From Minisyncoccia bacterium (lineage in GTDB: Bacteria; Patescibacteriota; Minisyncoccia; Phycocordibacterales; CAIZLB01), in contig JBGSHK010000008.1 of the NCBI GenBank assembly GCA_041752275.1, positions 70,543 through 134,542 of the forward strand: 64,000 nt of DNA. The letters are read 5' to 3'. Position numbers and translations under genes: made by a program. The notes below the pieces were generated by a model. The model was not told where the DNA came from and searched no databases. It worked only from the letters and a program-made list of their open reading frames with translations. Positions 18,107-27,282 of this stretch are shown in pieces (position 1 is the stretch's first letter; every line of letters starts with the position of its first letter).

Positions 18107-19291
18107 TTAAAGTATTTTTTTAATATATTCTATCAAGTTTTGCAACTCAACACTTTCTTGTGATAAGTTTTTCATATTACGAACCATTACTGAGTTTTGC
18201 AAGGATTCTTTATGTCCAACAAGTAACAGGTATGGCACATTTAGTTTTTCTGCATATTGTAATTGCATAGATATTTTATCTTTTGATAAATCATGATGTA
18301 TAAGTATGTTGGCATGATGCAACATGTCTAAAACATGAAGTGTTTTAAAACGAGCCTCATTACCGAATTGTGCATAAAAAAACTTTACATCATGATCATC
18401 TATTGATTTTATTGAAGTTAAAGGTTTAAGATTTTTAGATATATTCTTTAAACCTTCTATATATACACTCAGTGTAGGTATTTCTTTTTTTCCAAGTATT
18501 TTTTTAGAAATTATGTCATGTCTACCTCCTTTTATTGTTAACACAGGTTTTGCTTCATCTGCATTTTGAACTCTAAAAATAATACCTGAATATAAGTCAG
18601 AGCTATTAAATAGAAAAGTATTTATTTTAAAATTTAGGTTTAGATTTTCTATGTATTCTAATATATCTTTAAACTCTAATCTAGATATTTCAGATAAATA
18701 ATCTATTGGATTCGGTATTGAAATATCCTCTTTCACACCTTTTTTATTTTCAGAAATTATATTTACATTTTCAAGTTCAGCAAAAGCTGCATATATATTT
18801 TTTTTAGATAATAACAATATGTTTTTGGGAATATTCTTTTGATTTTTTTTGAAAAATTGATTTAATTCTTTATTAAATTTTTGAACAGATTCTTTGTCAC
18901 CGATAAAGTTTATATCAACTACAATATTAGATTTTTTACCATACATTTCTTGCATTATTGAATAAGCAGTTTGCACTACCATTGCATCATATATATTTTT
19001 TTTAGTACCTACTATGTGATATACAAAATTATTTTCGTCTTTACTATATGCTATACTTGCAGGAAATTGAAAACCTTCAAATTTTTTATCAATAACTTTC
19101 TTTTGAAAAGAAAGTGTATCTATTAGATTCTCTTGATCATATTTTGACAATAATTTTTTTTCTAAATTTGTGTATTCAGGTTTCTGAGTATGTCTAAAAC
19201 CAAAATGCTGTAATATTTTAAATATTCTATAATGGTTTGGTAAAACACTTTCAATTGTTGTTATTTTTTTTGTGATTACAATTTTTTTCAT
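18107..19291 (-). CDS. Histidyl-tRNA synthetase-like protein (HisRS/HisZ family). The motif 3 region and anticodon-binding domain are conserved. Motifs 1 and 2 are divergent.
   Basis: YSGIIFRV...GGRHD matches the HisRS VFE...GGRYD block. C-terminal QLQYAEKLNVPYLLLVG matches the HisRS anticodon-binding domain. Confidence 0.45.
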   Translation of the reverse strand: MKKIVITKKITTIESVLPNHYRIFKILQHFGFRHTQKPEYTNLEKKLLSKYDQENLIDTLSFQKKVIDKKFEGFQFPASIAYSKDENNFVYHIVGTKKNIYDAMVVQTAYSIMQEMYGKKSNIVVDINFIGDKESVQKFNKELNQFFKKNQKNIPKNILLLSKKNIYAAFAELENVNIISENKKGVKEDISIPNPIDYLSEISRLEFKDILEYIENLNLNFKINTFLFNSSDLYSGIIFRVQNADEAKPVLTIKGGRHDIISKKILGKKEIPTLSVYIEGLKNISKNLKPLTSIKSIDDHDVKFFYAQFGNEARFKTLHVLDMLHHANILIHHDLSKDKISMQLQYAEKLNVPYLLLVGHKESLQNSVMVRNMKNLSQESVELQNLIEYIKKIL

Positions 19292-19303
19292 ATTTTTATT
19301 TTA

Positions 19304-19879
19304 TTATTTAGTATTCATATACTCCCTTATACCTGGAAATACTTGTATTTTATCAAACGGATATAGACGTAATAAAACTCTACCTTCTATAGCTTCTTTT
19401 GTTACAGGACCCCAATAACGAGAATCAAAACTAGCAAATCTGTTATCACCCATGACAAAATATTCATCTTTCTTTAGATTTATTAAAGGTGAAGTTTTTG
19501 GACTTTTGTAATAAATAAAATTCTCAGGTATTAATTCATTATTAATAAAAGTATTATCATCTTTAACTTCTATTTTTTCACCTGGTTTTGAAATAATTCT
19601 TTTTATAAATCTATTTGTATTTTCAGCTTCTGCTGGAGGGTTGAAAACTACAACGTCACCTTTTTCTGGGTTTTTGAATCTATAAGATATTTTGTCCACT
19701 ATAACATAGTCACCGTTTTTGAAAGTATTATCCATAGATGAGCCTGAAACCGTATGAGGTTCAAGAATAAATACTCTAAAAATAACAATAAAAACCAGTA
19801 TTATAAAGAAACTTGTCCAAGACATGTCTCCACTCTTATTTTTAGGTTTTGAAATGTTTATATTGTCTATTTCACTCAT
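19304..19879 (-). CDS. lepB: Signal peptidase I.
   Basis: SGSSMDNTF (Ser box) and GDNRFASFDSRYWG (GDNR box). Confidence 0.85.
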   Translation of the reverse strand: MSEIDNINISKPKNKSGDMSWTSFFIILVFIVIFRVFILEPHTVSGSSMDNTFKNGDYVIVDKISYRFKNPEKGDVVVFNPPAEAENTNRFIKRIISKPGEKIEVKDDNTFINNELIPENFIYYKSPKTSPLINLKKDEYFVMGDNRFASFDSRYWGPVTKEAIEGRVLLRLYPFDKIQVFPGIREYMNTK

Positions 19880-19903
19880 ATTTTGCTATATTATATCATA
19901 TAC

Positions 19904-20428
19904 ATGAAATATATAATAGGATTGGGAAATCCGACCAAAAAGTACAAAAATACAAGACATAATATCGGTCAAGATGTGGTTTTTCGACTTATGGATGATA
20001 TGGGGGATATAGCCGGTGTTAAGTTTATAAACCCAGAGTGCTATATGAACGAGTCTGGGGTTGCTTTGAAGAAGCTTTTGAAAAATGTTAAAGCTGGTAG
20101 TGAAAATAAGAACGTACTCGTTATACATGATGATTTGGATCAAACTATAGGAAAGGTGAAAATGAGTTATGGAGGGAACTCTGGTGGGCACAATGGTATA
20201 AACTCTATATACTCAATAATAGGTATAAAAGACTATTATAGATTGAAGATTGGTATATGCCCTGAGGTTAAGCCAAGTAAGGATGAGATTTCTGATTTTG
20301 TTGTGGGGAAATTTGGTCCTGATGAGAAAGAGGTGATGAAGAAACTGTATTCAAAAATATTGGATGGGGTGAAGCTGTTTGTGGGTGGGGAGGTTGATAG
20401 GGCTGTGGAAAGTGTAAATAAAAAATAA
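19904..20428 (+). CDS. pth: Peptidyl-tRNA hydrolase. I moved the start to the internal Met.
   Basis: IIGLGNPTKKYKNTRHNIG N-terminal signature. Confidence 0.85.
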   Translation: MKYIIGLGNPTKKYKNTRHNIGQDVVFRLMDDMGDIAGVKFINPECYMNESGVALKKLLKNVKAGSENKNVLVIHDDLDQTIGKVKMSYGGNSGGHNGINSIYSIIGIKDYYRLKIGICPEVKPSKDEISDFVVGKFGPDEKEVMKKLYSKILDGVKLFVGGEVDRAVESVNKK

Positions 20429-20465
20429 AAATTGTTAAAGAAAACACTTAATAAAACTTAAGATA

Positions 20466-20807
20466 CTATATTGTAAATATAAAAAATATATGAATTAATA
20501 TTGATATAAATAAAATAAAACTTAATATTAAATTAATATACCAACCTAATTTTGTTTCAAAATTATCTTCTCCTAAAAAGATTTCCTCAACTCTTAATTT
20601 TTTTGCTCGAAAAAGTGTTACAATACTTGCTGATTGAAATATTAAACCTATTGTTATAAATAGTATTGAAAGAAATACTGTAATCCCATCATCAGAACTA
20701 ACACTAAGTGCAGAACTGGCTATGATACCAAGGATTATAAAATAAATAATATAAGATAATGTAAAGTATAATAAACAAAGTAAGTTAAGTTTTAAGCTCT
20801 TTTTCAT
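20466..20807 (-). CDS. Small membrane protein (hypothetical).
   Basis: Three predicted hydrophobic helices. No other motif. Confidence 0.3.
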   Translation of the reverse strand: MKKSLKLNLLCLLYFTLSYIIYFIILGIIASSALSVSSDDGITVFLSILFITIGLIFQSASIVTLFRAKKLRVEEIFLGEDNFETKLGWYINLILSFILFISILIHIFFIFTI

Positions 20808-20829
20808 ACAAATATTTTAACATAGGAAA

Positions 20830-20865
20830 TAAAAAAATACATCCTATTGTCGGATGTATTTTTTC
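20830..20865. terminator. Bidirectional terminator hairpin flanked by an A-run and a T-run.
   Basis: ATACATCC / GGATGTAT stem. AAAAAAA upstream and TTTTT downstream. Confidence 0.5.
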
Positions 20866-20875
20866 AAAATCATCT

Positions 20876-21964
20876 TTAGTTCAATTTCAATATCATCCTC
20901 TGTTTCTCAGGCTCAAAGATAGAAATCTTGAAAGAATATGTCTTTCCAATCTCAACTTTCTCCTTCATAGTCTTGTCATCACCAAATTCTGATATATGTA
21001 CAAGTCCTGAAACACCTTCTTCTATAGAAGCCAATGCTCCATGTTTATTATATTTGATTATAATACCTGTAACCTCATCATCTTTTTTGTATTTTGCTGA
21101 AGCCTCAGTCCATGGATTTTCTTTTCTAGCTTTTAGAGATAGAGACACTTTTCCATCTTTAAAGTCTATGATACGAGCCTTAACTACATCACCAACTTTA
21201 AACATAGTTCTAGGGTCGTCGATCAAGCCCCAGTCTAACTCTGAGATATGGGCCAAACCTTCAAGTTCGTCGTTTATCTTTATGAAGATACCAAAGTCTA
21301 CTGTTCCTGTGATAACACCATCAACATCATCACCTACAGAGTATTTAGCACTCATTTCTGCCATCTTAGCAGCATTTCCTCTACTTTGATTAGCGTTATT
21401 TACATGAGTTCCATCAAAGTCTTTTTCAGAGAAAATAAGCTTATTTTCCTTTGCGTCAGCAGTTATAATATATACTGATATTTTTTTACCAATAAGTTTT
21501 TTAAGCTCATCTTGTATTCTATCTTTGTTACCATCTTCAACTTTAGGATAGTTTTCTGTCTTAAGTTGAGAAGCAGGAAGAAAACCTTGTATACCTTGCC
21601 ATGACATCATAAGTCCTCCTTTGTTAGCATCCTGTACAGCTAAATCAAAATGAGTTTTTTCAAGTACAGCTTGCTCAGCATCTTTCCATAGAAGTGCCTG
21701 TCTTGCTTCTTTAAGTGAAAGCTCTATATATCCATCTTTTTCATCATAGCCTGATATTTTAGCAGTTATAAGATCACCTGAGTTAACTTTTCTGATAATA
21801 TCTCTGGCTATGATAAATTCTTTACCATATATAACTCCTGTTCCATATGGTGATAAGTCTACGAAAAGTCTACTCTTATATAGAGTAATAACTTTTCCTT
21901 CAATATCATCACCAATACTTGGTGGATTAGGAATATCTTTAAATTGTTCTTCTAATGTTGTCAT
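20876..21964 (-). CDS. rpsA: 30S ribosomal protein S1, short four-S1-domain form.
   Basis: Repeated S1 domains, for example GDVVKARIIDFKDGKVSLSLK and GDDVDGVITGTVDFGIFIKI. Confidence 0.8.
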   Translation of the reverse strand: MTTLEEQFKDIPNPPSIGDDIEGKVITLYKSRLFVDLSPYGTGVIYGKEFIIARDIIRKVNSGDLITAKISGYDEKDGYIELSLKEARQALLWKDAEQAVLEKTHFDLAVQDANKGGLMMSWQGIQGFLPASQLKTENYPKVEDGNKDRIQDELKKLIGKKISVYIITADAKENKLIFSEKDFDGTHVNNANQSRGNAAKMAEMSAKYSVGDDVDGVITGTVDFGIFIKINDELEGLAHISELDWGLIDDPRTMFKVGDVVKARIIDFKDGKVSLSLKARKENPWTEASAKYKKDDEVTGIIIKYNKHGALASIEEGVSGLVHISEFGDDKTMKEKVEIGKTYSFKISIFEPEKQRMILKLN

Positions 21965-22067
21965 TTGTCTAATTGGGTATTTTCTAATTGTTCTTATTGC
22001 GGTTAATGGTCTTTGTGATGAACAAAGGGGATGAATAAGGGTTACAAAGAGAAAAGGGTTTTTAATA

Positions 22068-22340
22068 TTATTTAACGTGAACTATTTTCTTAACAGAAAC
22101 AGTGTTGTCTATGTTAATCTTTCTTTTTGAGCCAAAAGTAACTATCCCTTGTTTAGTTGCAAAAAGAGTATGGTCTTTACCCATAGATACATTTGTACCA
22201 GGTAAAACCTTACTGCCTCTTTGTCTTATGATTATTGATCCAGCAGAAGCTTTTTCACCACCATAAAGTTTAACTCCAAGATATTTTGGCTGTGAATCCT
22301 TTAAGTTCTTTGACGATCCACCTGCTTTTTTTGTTGCCAT
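22068..22340 (-). CDS. rpmA: 50S ribosomal protein L27.
   Basis: [12 protein letters not shown]...LGVKLYGGE...IIIRQRGSK...[15 protein letters not shown]. Confidence 0.9.
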   Translation of the reverse strand: MATKKAGGSSKNLKDSQPKYLGVKLYGGEKASAGSIIIRQRGSKVLPGTNVSMGKDHTLFATKQGIVTFGSKRKINIDNTVSVKKIVHVK

Positions 22341-22583
22341 ATTTCTTTATTTTTAATTTATATTTTCTTAATAATTTCTTTAGAATTTCTCCTGAAAAAT
22401 TTTACATTATCTATGGTAAAGATAATAGCATGAGTATACACGACATAATCACAAAAATCAATACAGATAAAAGGGAAATCGGGTTTTCGAGGTGTAAGGC
22501 TTGTTGGGTGCTTTTTTTGAGTGTGGGGATGATTTTAGGGCAGGTAGGACTATTTATTTACATATATTTAACGTTTAAATGAT

Positions 22584-22976
22584 ATGGATCAGATTTTATC
22601 CCTAATCGAGAAATACTACTATATGAAAGATGGTGAGTTTATAGAAAATCATCAGAGCTTTTTTGTGGTGCATGATGATGAGATAGATATAAGGTTAAAA
22701 TATAAGACTATAAAGCATATAGTGGAAAAGAGGAAGAAGGATGGATATAGTATTGGGGAATTAGATAATTTGATTAAGAAAGTGATTAAATTACTTGAAT
22801 CTTATGAATATAATTTTGTTCAAGATATAAAAAATAATAGCTATTTGTTGATTGAAAAAGGATATAAACTTAAAGCCTTGATTGTTGTTGTGGATATAAA
22901 CCTTGAGGACGAATCAATATGTATTAAAACAGCTTTTATCAAGTCTGCTACAAAAACAGATAAGTATATAAAGTAA
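22584..22976 (+). CDS. Hypothetical protein.
   Basis: 130-aa ORF with coding-like composition and no motif. Confidence 0.35.
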   Translation: MDQILSLIEKYYYMKDGEFIENHQSFFVVHDDEIDIRLKYKTIKHIVEKRKKDGYSIGELDNLIKKVIKLLESYEYNFVQDIKNNSYLLIEKGYKLKALIVVVDINLEDESICIKTAFIKSATKTDKYIK

Positions 22977-23116
22977 AAAACCCACCTAAGTGAGTGTTTT
23001 ACGACTGGGAGGACGGAAGACCCCTCCATTGCCACGCAGGCCAGCGGATACTCCGATTTCCCGCTTTTCAGTGTGGTTATTATATAACAGGTGCGTTTTG
23101 AATGCAAATAGAAAAA

Positions 23117-23151
23117 CACACGAACTATATGAGAACGTGTGCTTTATTTTT
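23117..23151. terminator. Hairpin terminator between convergent genes.
   Basis: CACACG / CGTGTG stem followed by CTTTATTTTTT. Confidence 0.45.
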
Positions 23152-24040
23152 TAAACTTAGCCTTGAAGGCTGAAGGTACTGTGATGACACCAAGATGCTT
23201 TCCAGAGACTTCATGACGATGTCGAGTGAAAGGACCTTTGCATTGGGTGTATATTGGGCAAATGTTACTCATATTTGATCCAACACATCTATTGCATCCA
23301 TATCTACCTAAGATCCAGGTTGCATTGACCGAACTGATGTCTTTTCTGAACTCTTTATGAAGCCTGGACATAAGTGGTCTCAATTCTTTTTCAAGACTTG
23401 AAACTTTTATCTGTCCCTTGCCTTTGAGAATACTAGTAGATGATACAATTGCCTGGACCCACACATCGATAGGTACTATATCAGCAAAATCAAAGTCAGA
23501 GAGTTCGCTTAAAAACATAGCTAACAAAGAAAATATTTTTACCTTTGCTCCTGGAAACAGGTTTTTGACAGCATGTTTTCTAGCAATCTTTTTGAGTTTG
23601 TGTATAAGTTCATCAATATTTGAAACTCCTTCATATATCTTTCTTGGGTCACCATTGAAAAATCGGTCCAAGTGATCCTTTCTTTTGATGAAAAAACCGA
23701 TCTCACCAAGTGGAAGTGCTGTTTGGTATTGTCGGAAGAGTTTAGTCATTTCATCAATAGAGGGAGAGAATCCGACAGTGAAGAGATGTGGATTTTCACT
23801 GAACATCAAAGCAAAGTTTCTGTAGAGAACTCTACTGTTGGTACGACGGTCTGACATAGCTACGAGAGCTAGCCAATAGATATGTTTTTCATCACCGGGT
23901 TTGAGACCAAGGGGAATGTAGAGTTTTTGAGGTCCAGAGTTCTCAGCGTTAAGGGATGAGAAGATGCCAGTTTTTTCTTTGTAAGCTCTGAAAATAAGTC
24001 GGAATATCTTTCGAAAACGAAGTTTGTTGATGGTTATCAT
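23144..24040 (-). CDS. Hypothetical protein with a C-terminal four-Cys cluster, possibly an HhH-GPD-like Fe-S DNA glycosylase.
   Basis: LFPGAK...DFADIVPIDVWV is HhH/Gly-Pro/Asp-like. C-terminal C-X2-C-X8-C-X5-C (CNRCVGSNMSNICPIYTQC). The assignment is tentative. Confidence 0.35.
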   Translation of the reverse strand: MITINKLRFRKIFRLIFRAYKEKTGIFSSLNAENSGPQKLYIPLGLKPGDEKHIYWLALVAMSDRRTNSRVLYRNFALMFSENPHLFTVGFSPSIDEMTKLFRQYQTALPLGEIGFFIKRKDHLDRFFNGDPRKIYEGVSNIDELIHKLKKIARKHAVKNLFPGAKVKIFSLLAMFLSELSDFDFADIVPIDVWVQAIVSSTSILKGKGQIKVSSLEKELRPLMSRLHKEFRKDISSVNATWILGRYGCNRCVGSNMSNICPIYTQCKGPFTRHRHEVSGKHLGVITVPSAFKAKFKK

Positions 24041-24149
24041 GGTTGTAGAAGGTTCGTATTAATGTAGAGTATTGGTTTATAAGGAAGTTGTCAATGAAAA
24101 AACGCCGGACCTTTTTTGGGTCCGACGCGATTCGTGGTTTATTTCGAAT

Positions 24150-24638
24150 CTATTTTTGAATGATTGGATTGCGGCAAGGATCATTGAGATCCAAGATTTG
24201 TCCAATTGTTGGCTCTACATTGGCAAGCCGTTTTTTCTCTCCGGGAGTAGCACGCTCACCTAAGGATCTCACTAATGCACGCTTCAAGGGATCCAGGATA
24301 TTACGAGCGAACTCGTAGTGGGCTAGGGTTTGATATTTGCCGTAGCTCGATTCTATTTGACCCACCTTACACTCAGGGAATGTAATTCCCCAAACTGCAT
24401 TCATGGCACCCCAAGCCCCATCGTAATGGGCGTAACCCCAACTTGGAATTATATAAGAGTCTTCATTTTCGGTCCAGCTTTGGAACCTTGTGTTACCACA
24501 ATGTGAATCAAGCTGGAGATATCCATCCCGAACACCAACAGTGTCCCTGAAGATAGTGTTGTCGTTCTCTTCACACTTCGCGTGTGGGAGGAGTTTTGGA
24601 ATAGTAAACTCTACACTGTACCTGATCACTGCTTTCAT
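24150..24638 (-). CDS. Hypothetical Trp-rich protein.
   Basis: 162-aa ORF, SWGYAHYDGAWGAMNAVWGITFPEC. No known motif. Confidence 0.35.
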   Translation of the reverse strand: MKAVIRYSVEFTIPKLLPHAKCEENDNTIFRDTVGVRDGYLQLDSHCGNTRFQSWTENEDSYIIPSWGYAHYDGAWGAMNAVWGITFPECKVGQIESSYGKYQTLAHYEFARNILDPLKRALVRSLGERATPGEKKRLANVEPTIGQILDLNDPCRNPIIQK

Positions 24639-25368
24639 ATTTTGATTTAGTTTCGATTTTTGGATAATCGGAAAGATTTCTGCCTTTCGGCGAAGCTGAT
24701 TTTTTGTCCCCTTTCCAGTTAAGACTCAGCTTTAATGATACATAGTAAATATATATCTATAAAGCTAGGTCTAACGTTCGACTTACCTATATCGGTGTTA
24801 ATGACCTACTTTTATATTATATCATATTGAATGAAAAAGTCAAAAAACACCCAGAAACCACATCAACATGGCAGGGGATAAAACCCTTTAATATCAAGCT
24901 ATTTCACCCATTTTGTAGACATTTTTACATATCCATGACCTAGTATGCTCACATTTGACACACCGTGATTATAATGACATAACTTGCATTTTATCTCAGT
25001 ATGTGCTACAATGACATTGCCACTGTAAGAGTGGTTTTCAATTTGTGCAACCTATACATTATCTCAGACGGCCTCAGTTTTCAGGATTATAGTCTTACAT
25101 AATCAATCTGGTTTTGGCCCTTCAGATGCGGGTAGATAAAGTAATAGAGATTACAAGTTAAGAAACGCTTATTTTACAAATTACAACAATAGCCTTTGTA
25201 TCTTTAGTATCAGCTGGTTTTATTAACACAACTGATATTGATACAAATGCTACTCAAAATAGTATTATTTCTACAAGTACGGAAATAGTAAGTACTTCAA
25301 CAATTAAGACAAAAACTAACTCTGGTTTAGAATCAAAAGTAAAAGTTTATTTCTCTGATACACCAATC

Positions 25369-25641
25369 ATGCAAAAAATTGCATATTGTGAGTCAAGAAA
25401 CAGACAATTTGAAAAAGATGGTTCTTCACTTAGAGGCGTTGTTAACTCTCGTGACGTTGGAATCTTTCAAGTGAATGAAAAATATCACTTAGCTGATTCT
25501 AAAAAAATGGGTATTGATATACACACAGTTGATGGAAACATGAAGTACGCCAGACACTTATATGAGAGTCAAGGTACTAGACCATGGAATTCATCACGTC
25601 CTTGTTGGGGTAAGTATCAAAATCTTGCTTTAAACAAATAA
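25369..25641 (+). CDS. Rpf-like / lysozyme-like transglycosylase domain protein. The probable true N-terminus lies further upstream from a non-ATG start (see findings).
   Basis: IAYCESRNRQF...DVGIFQVNEKYH...YARHLYESQGTRPW...C matches the Rpf transglycosylase-like and C-type lysozyme catalytic blocks. The upstream in-frame 25162-25368 encodes a hydrophobic signal-like segment plus a Thr/Ser linker. Confidence 0.55.
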   Translation: MQKIAYCESRNRQFEKDGSSLRGVVNSRDVGIFQVNEKYHLADSKKMGIDIHTVDGNMKYARHLYESQGTRPWNSSRPCWGKYQNLALNK

Positions 25642-25719
25642 TATAACAAAAAGCGTCACTATCTTAAGGTGAGGCTTTTTGTTTTGATTTTTTTTGAATA
25701 TAAAAATAGCCGTTACCTT

Positions 25720-25749
25720 AAAATGGGGTAACGGTTTTATGTGTATATA
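25720..25749. terminator. Bidirectional terminator.
   Basis: CCGTTACC / GGTAACGG 8-bp stem followed by TTTT. Confidence 0.5.
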
Positions 25750-25754
25750 GTGTG

Positions 25755-26342
25755 TTAGGATGCTACAAGACTTTGACTTGGAGACCATTCTTCTCCGACA
25801 ATTATTTGAGCTCCTTTATATACCTCACTAGCTTCAACTGTGTTAGGGCTAGGATTTAAATACGATAATGCTAAAATTACCTGATTAGGCAAAATTTCAT
25901 TTTTATTTAAAATAAAGGTTTCAATAATTGAACCTTTATCAGTTAAAAAATTTCCAATATAAACAACTTGACCACGATAGTTAAAAGCTAGCATTTGTCC
26001 TAATCGAAGTCTGAAAATCATTTTTTCTGTAACGAGTACTTTTTTGGTTTCTGCACTGGTTTTTATTTCTTTAATCGCAGGTTGATTCCGACCATTAAGG
26101 CTGGATTCGAAAAGGTTAAAACTTGAACCTTCTTTTATTTCAAATGATTTAAGGTGAATAAAATGATCTCCCGGTTTTTCTCTGTGTCTTACTTTACTTA
26201 ATGTAAGGGACACGTCTATTTTTATTCCTATAGAAACCCTTGTTTTTAATTTTCCTTTTCCATCCTCAATTAATTTGACCGTTGTAAATCTCAATGGATT
26301 TGTTTTCTTTACTGCAACTTTAGCTCGTCTCATGTTATGCAT
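25755..26342 (-). CDS. Hypothetical protein.
   Basis: 195-aa ORF with no recognised motif. Confidence 0.35.
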   Translation of the reverse strand: MHNMRRAKVAVKKTNPLRFTTVKLIEDGKGKLKTRVSIGIKIDVSLTLSKVRHREKPGDHFIHLKSFEIKEGSSFNLFESSLNGRNQPAIKEIKTSAETKKVLVTEKMIFRLRLGQMLAFNYRGQVVYIGNFLTDKGSIIETFILNKNEILPNQVILALSYLNPSPNTVEASEVYKGAQIIVGEEWSPSQSLVAS

Positions 26343-26433
26343 TGTTGTTTATTTACTTATTTCTCTCAAAGTTCGGCCTCTGTATATTAATACTAAATAC
26401 TGATTCTGTCAAATAATGTTGCAATGTTAACAA

Positions 26434-27282
26434 CTAAAATCCTGTAAAATCACTTTCATTTTTACCTTCAACAACTATTCTTTCTATCTTGTCCGCACTC
26501 ATTTTTTTTATCTTAACTCTTTTACCATCTTTGTTTATATAAAACACTCCAGGCCATATACTATAGGCTTGATATTTTTTGTATATATCTGAGATAGAGT
26601 CTTTGTCAGGAAATATTTCACCTTCAGATTTTTGTATCATTTTTGTATATGTTGCACTATCGTGATTTTGTTCTATGTATTTTATTTCATCGTTCTCATA
26701 TTTTTCCAAAGTTTCTATAAGCATATCAGCTGAAATTTTTGCCAACATTTCAGACAGTTCTTTTGTAGAACAAGGCCATATATTTTCATCGATAGAATAT
26801 TTCTTTTGCAAGACTATAGGACCATGATCCATAAGTTCGTCCACTTGTATAATAGTCACACCTGTATGACGCTGATCTTCTAAAATCGTGTTTTGTAACG
26901 GGGCCGGACCACGGAAACGCGGTAACAGAGAAGGGTGTATATTTATAAAATCAATAGTTTTTAAATCAAGTAATACTTGAGGTAAAATCTTTCCATAATC
27001 AGCAACAACACAAACGGTATTTTCTTTTATTATTTCTTTAAACTTTTGCAATGAATCTTCCGTTTTAAGTTTTTCAGGTTGAATGTATGGAATATTATAC
27101 TCCGTAGCTAGTTTTTTTATAGGTCCAGCTTCTATGATCTGATGACGTCCCACAGGTTTGTCTGGGGAGGTTATGATATATGATGGGATTTTTTTTTGCG
27201 CGAGTAAATTTTTTAAAACAGCAAGACCGAAAAAACCTGTTGAAAAAAATATAAAATTGTTTTTTTGCTCTGTATTATTCAT
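26434..27282 (-). CDS. fmt: Methionyl-tRNA formyltransferase.
   Basis: NIHPSLLPRFRGPAPLQNTIL motif. Adjacent to def. Confidence 0.85.
   Translation of the reverse strand: MNNTEQKNNFIFFSTGFFGLAVLKNLLAQKKIPSYIITSPDKPVGRHQIIEAGPIKKLATEYNIPYIQPEKLKTEDSLQKFKEIIKENTVCVVADYGKILPQVLLDLKTIDFINIHPSLLPRFRGPAPLQNTILEDQRHTGVTIIQVDELMDHGPIVLQKKYSIDENIWPCSTKELSEMLAKISADMLIETLEKYENDEIKYIEQNHDSATYTKMIQKSEGEIFPDKDSISDIYKKYQAYSIWPGVFYINKDGKRVKIKKMSADKIERIVVEGKNESDFTGF

Noticed and set aside
22286-22582. 98-aa plus-strand ORF overlapping the L27 start region
   Set aside because: Overlaps the rpmA 5' end and promoter region, is hydrophobic and low-complexity, and has no motif. Probably non-coding.
23144-25160. 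Idea that the 23.1-25.2 kb block is a GC-rich foreign island
   Set aside because: Its about 45% GC matches the core housekeeping genes (aaRS genes reach about 50% locally). The AT-rich blocks are the compositional outliers instead.
24639-25160. tmRNA, RNase P RNA or SRP RNA in the 520-bp ORF-free stretch
   Set aside because: I could not find the conserved tmRNA 3' tRNA-like end (GGTTCGA.TCC...CCA), the RNase P P4 motifs or the SRP domain IV motif by eye. A covariance-model scan would be needed, so the question stays open.
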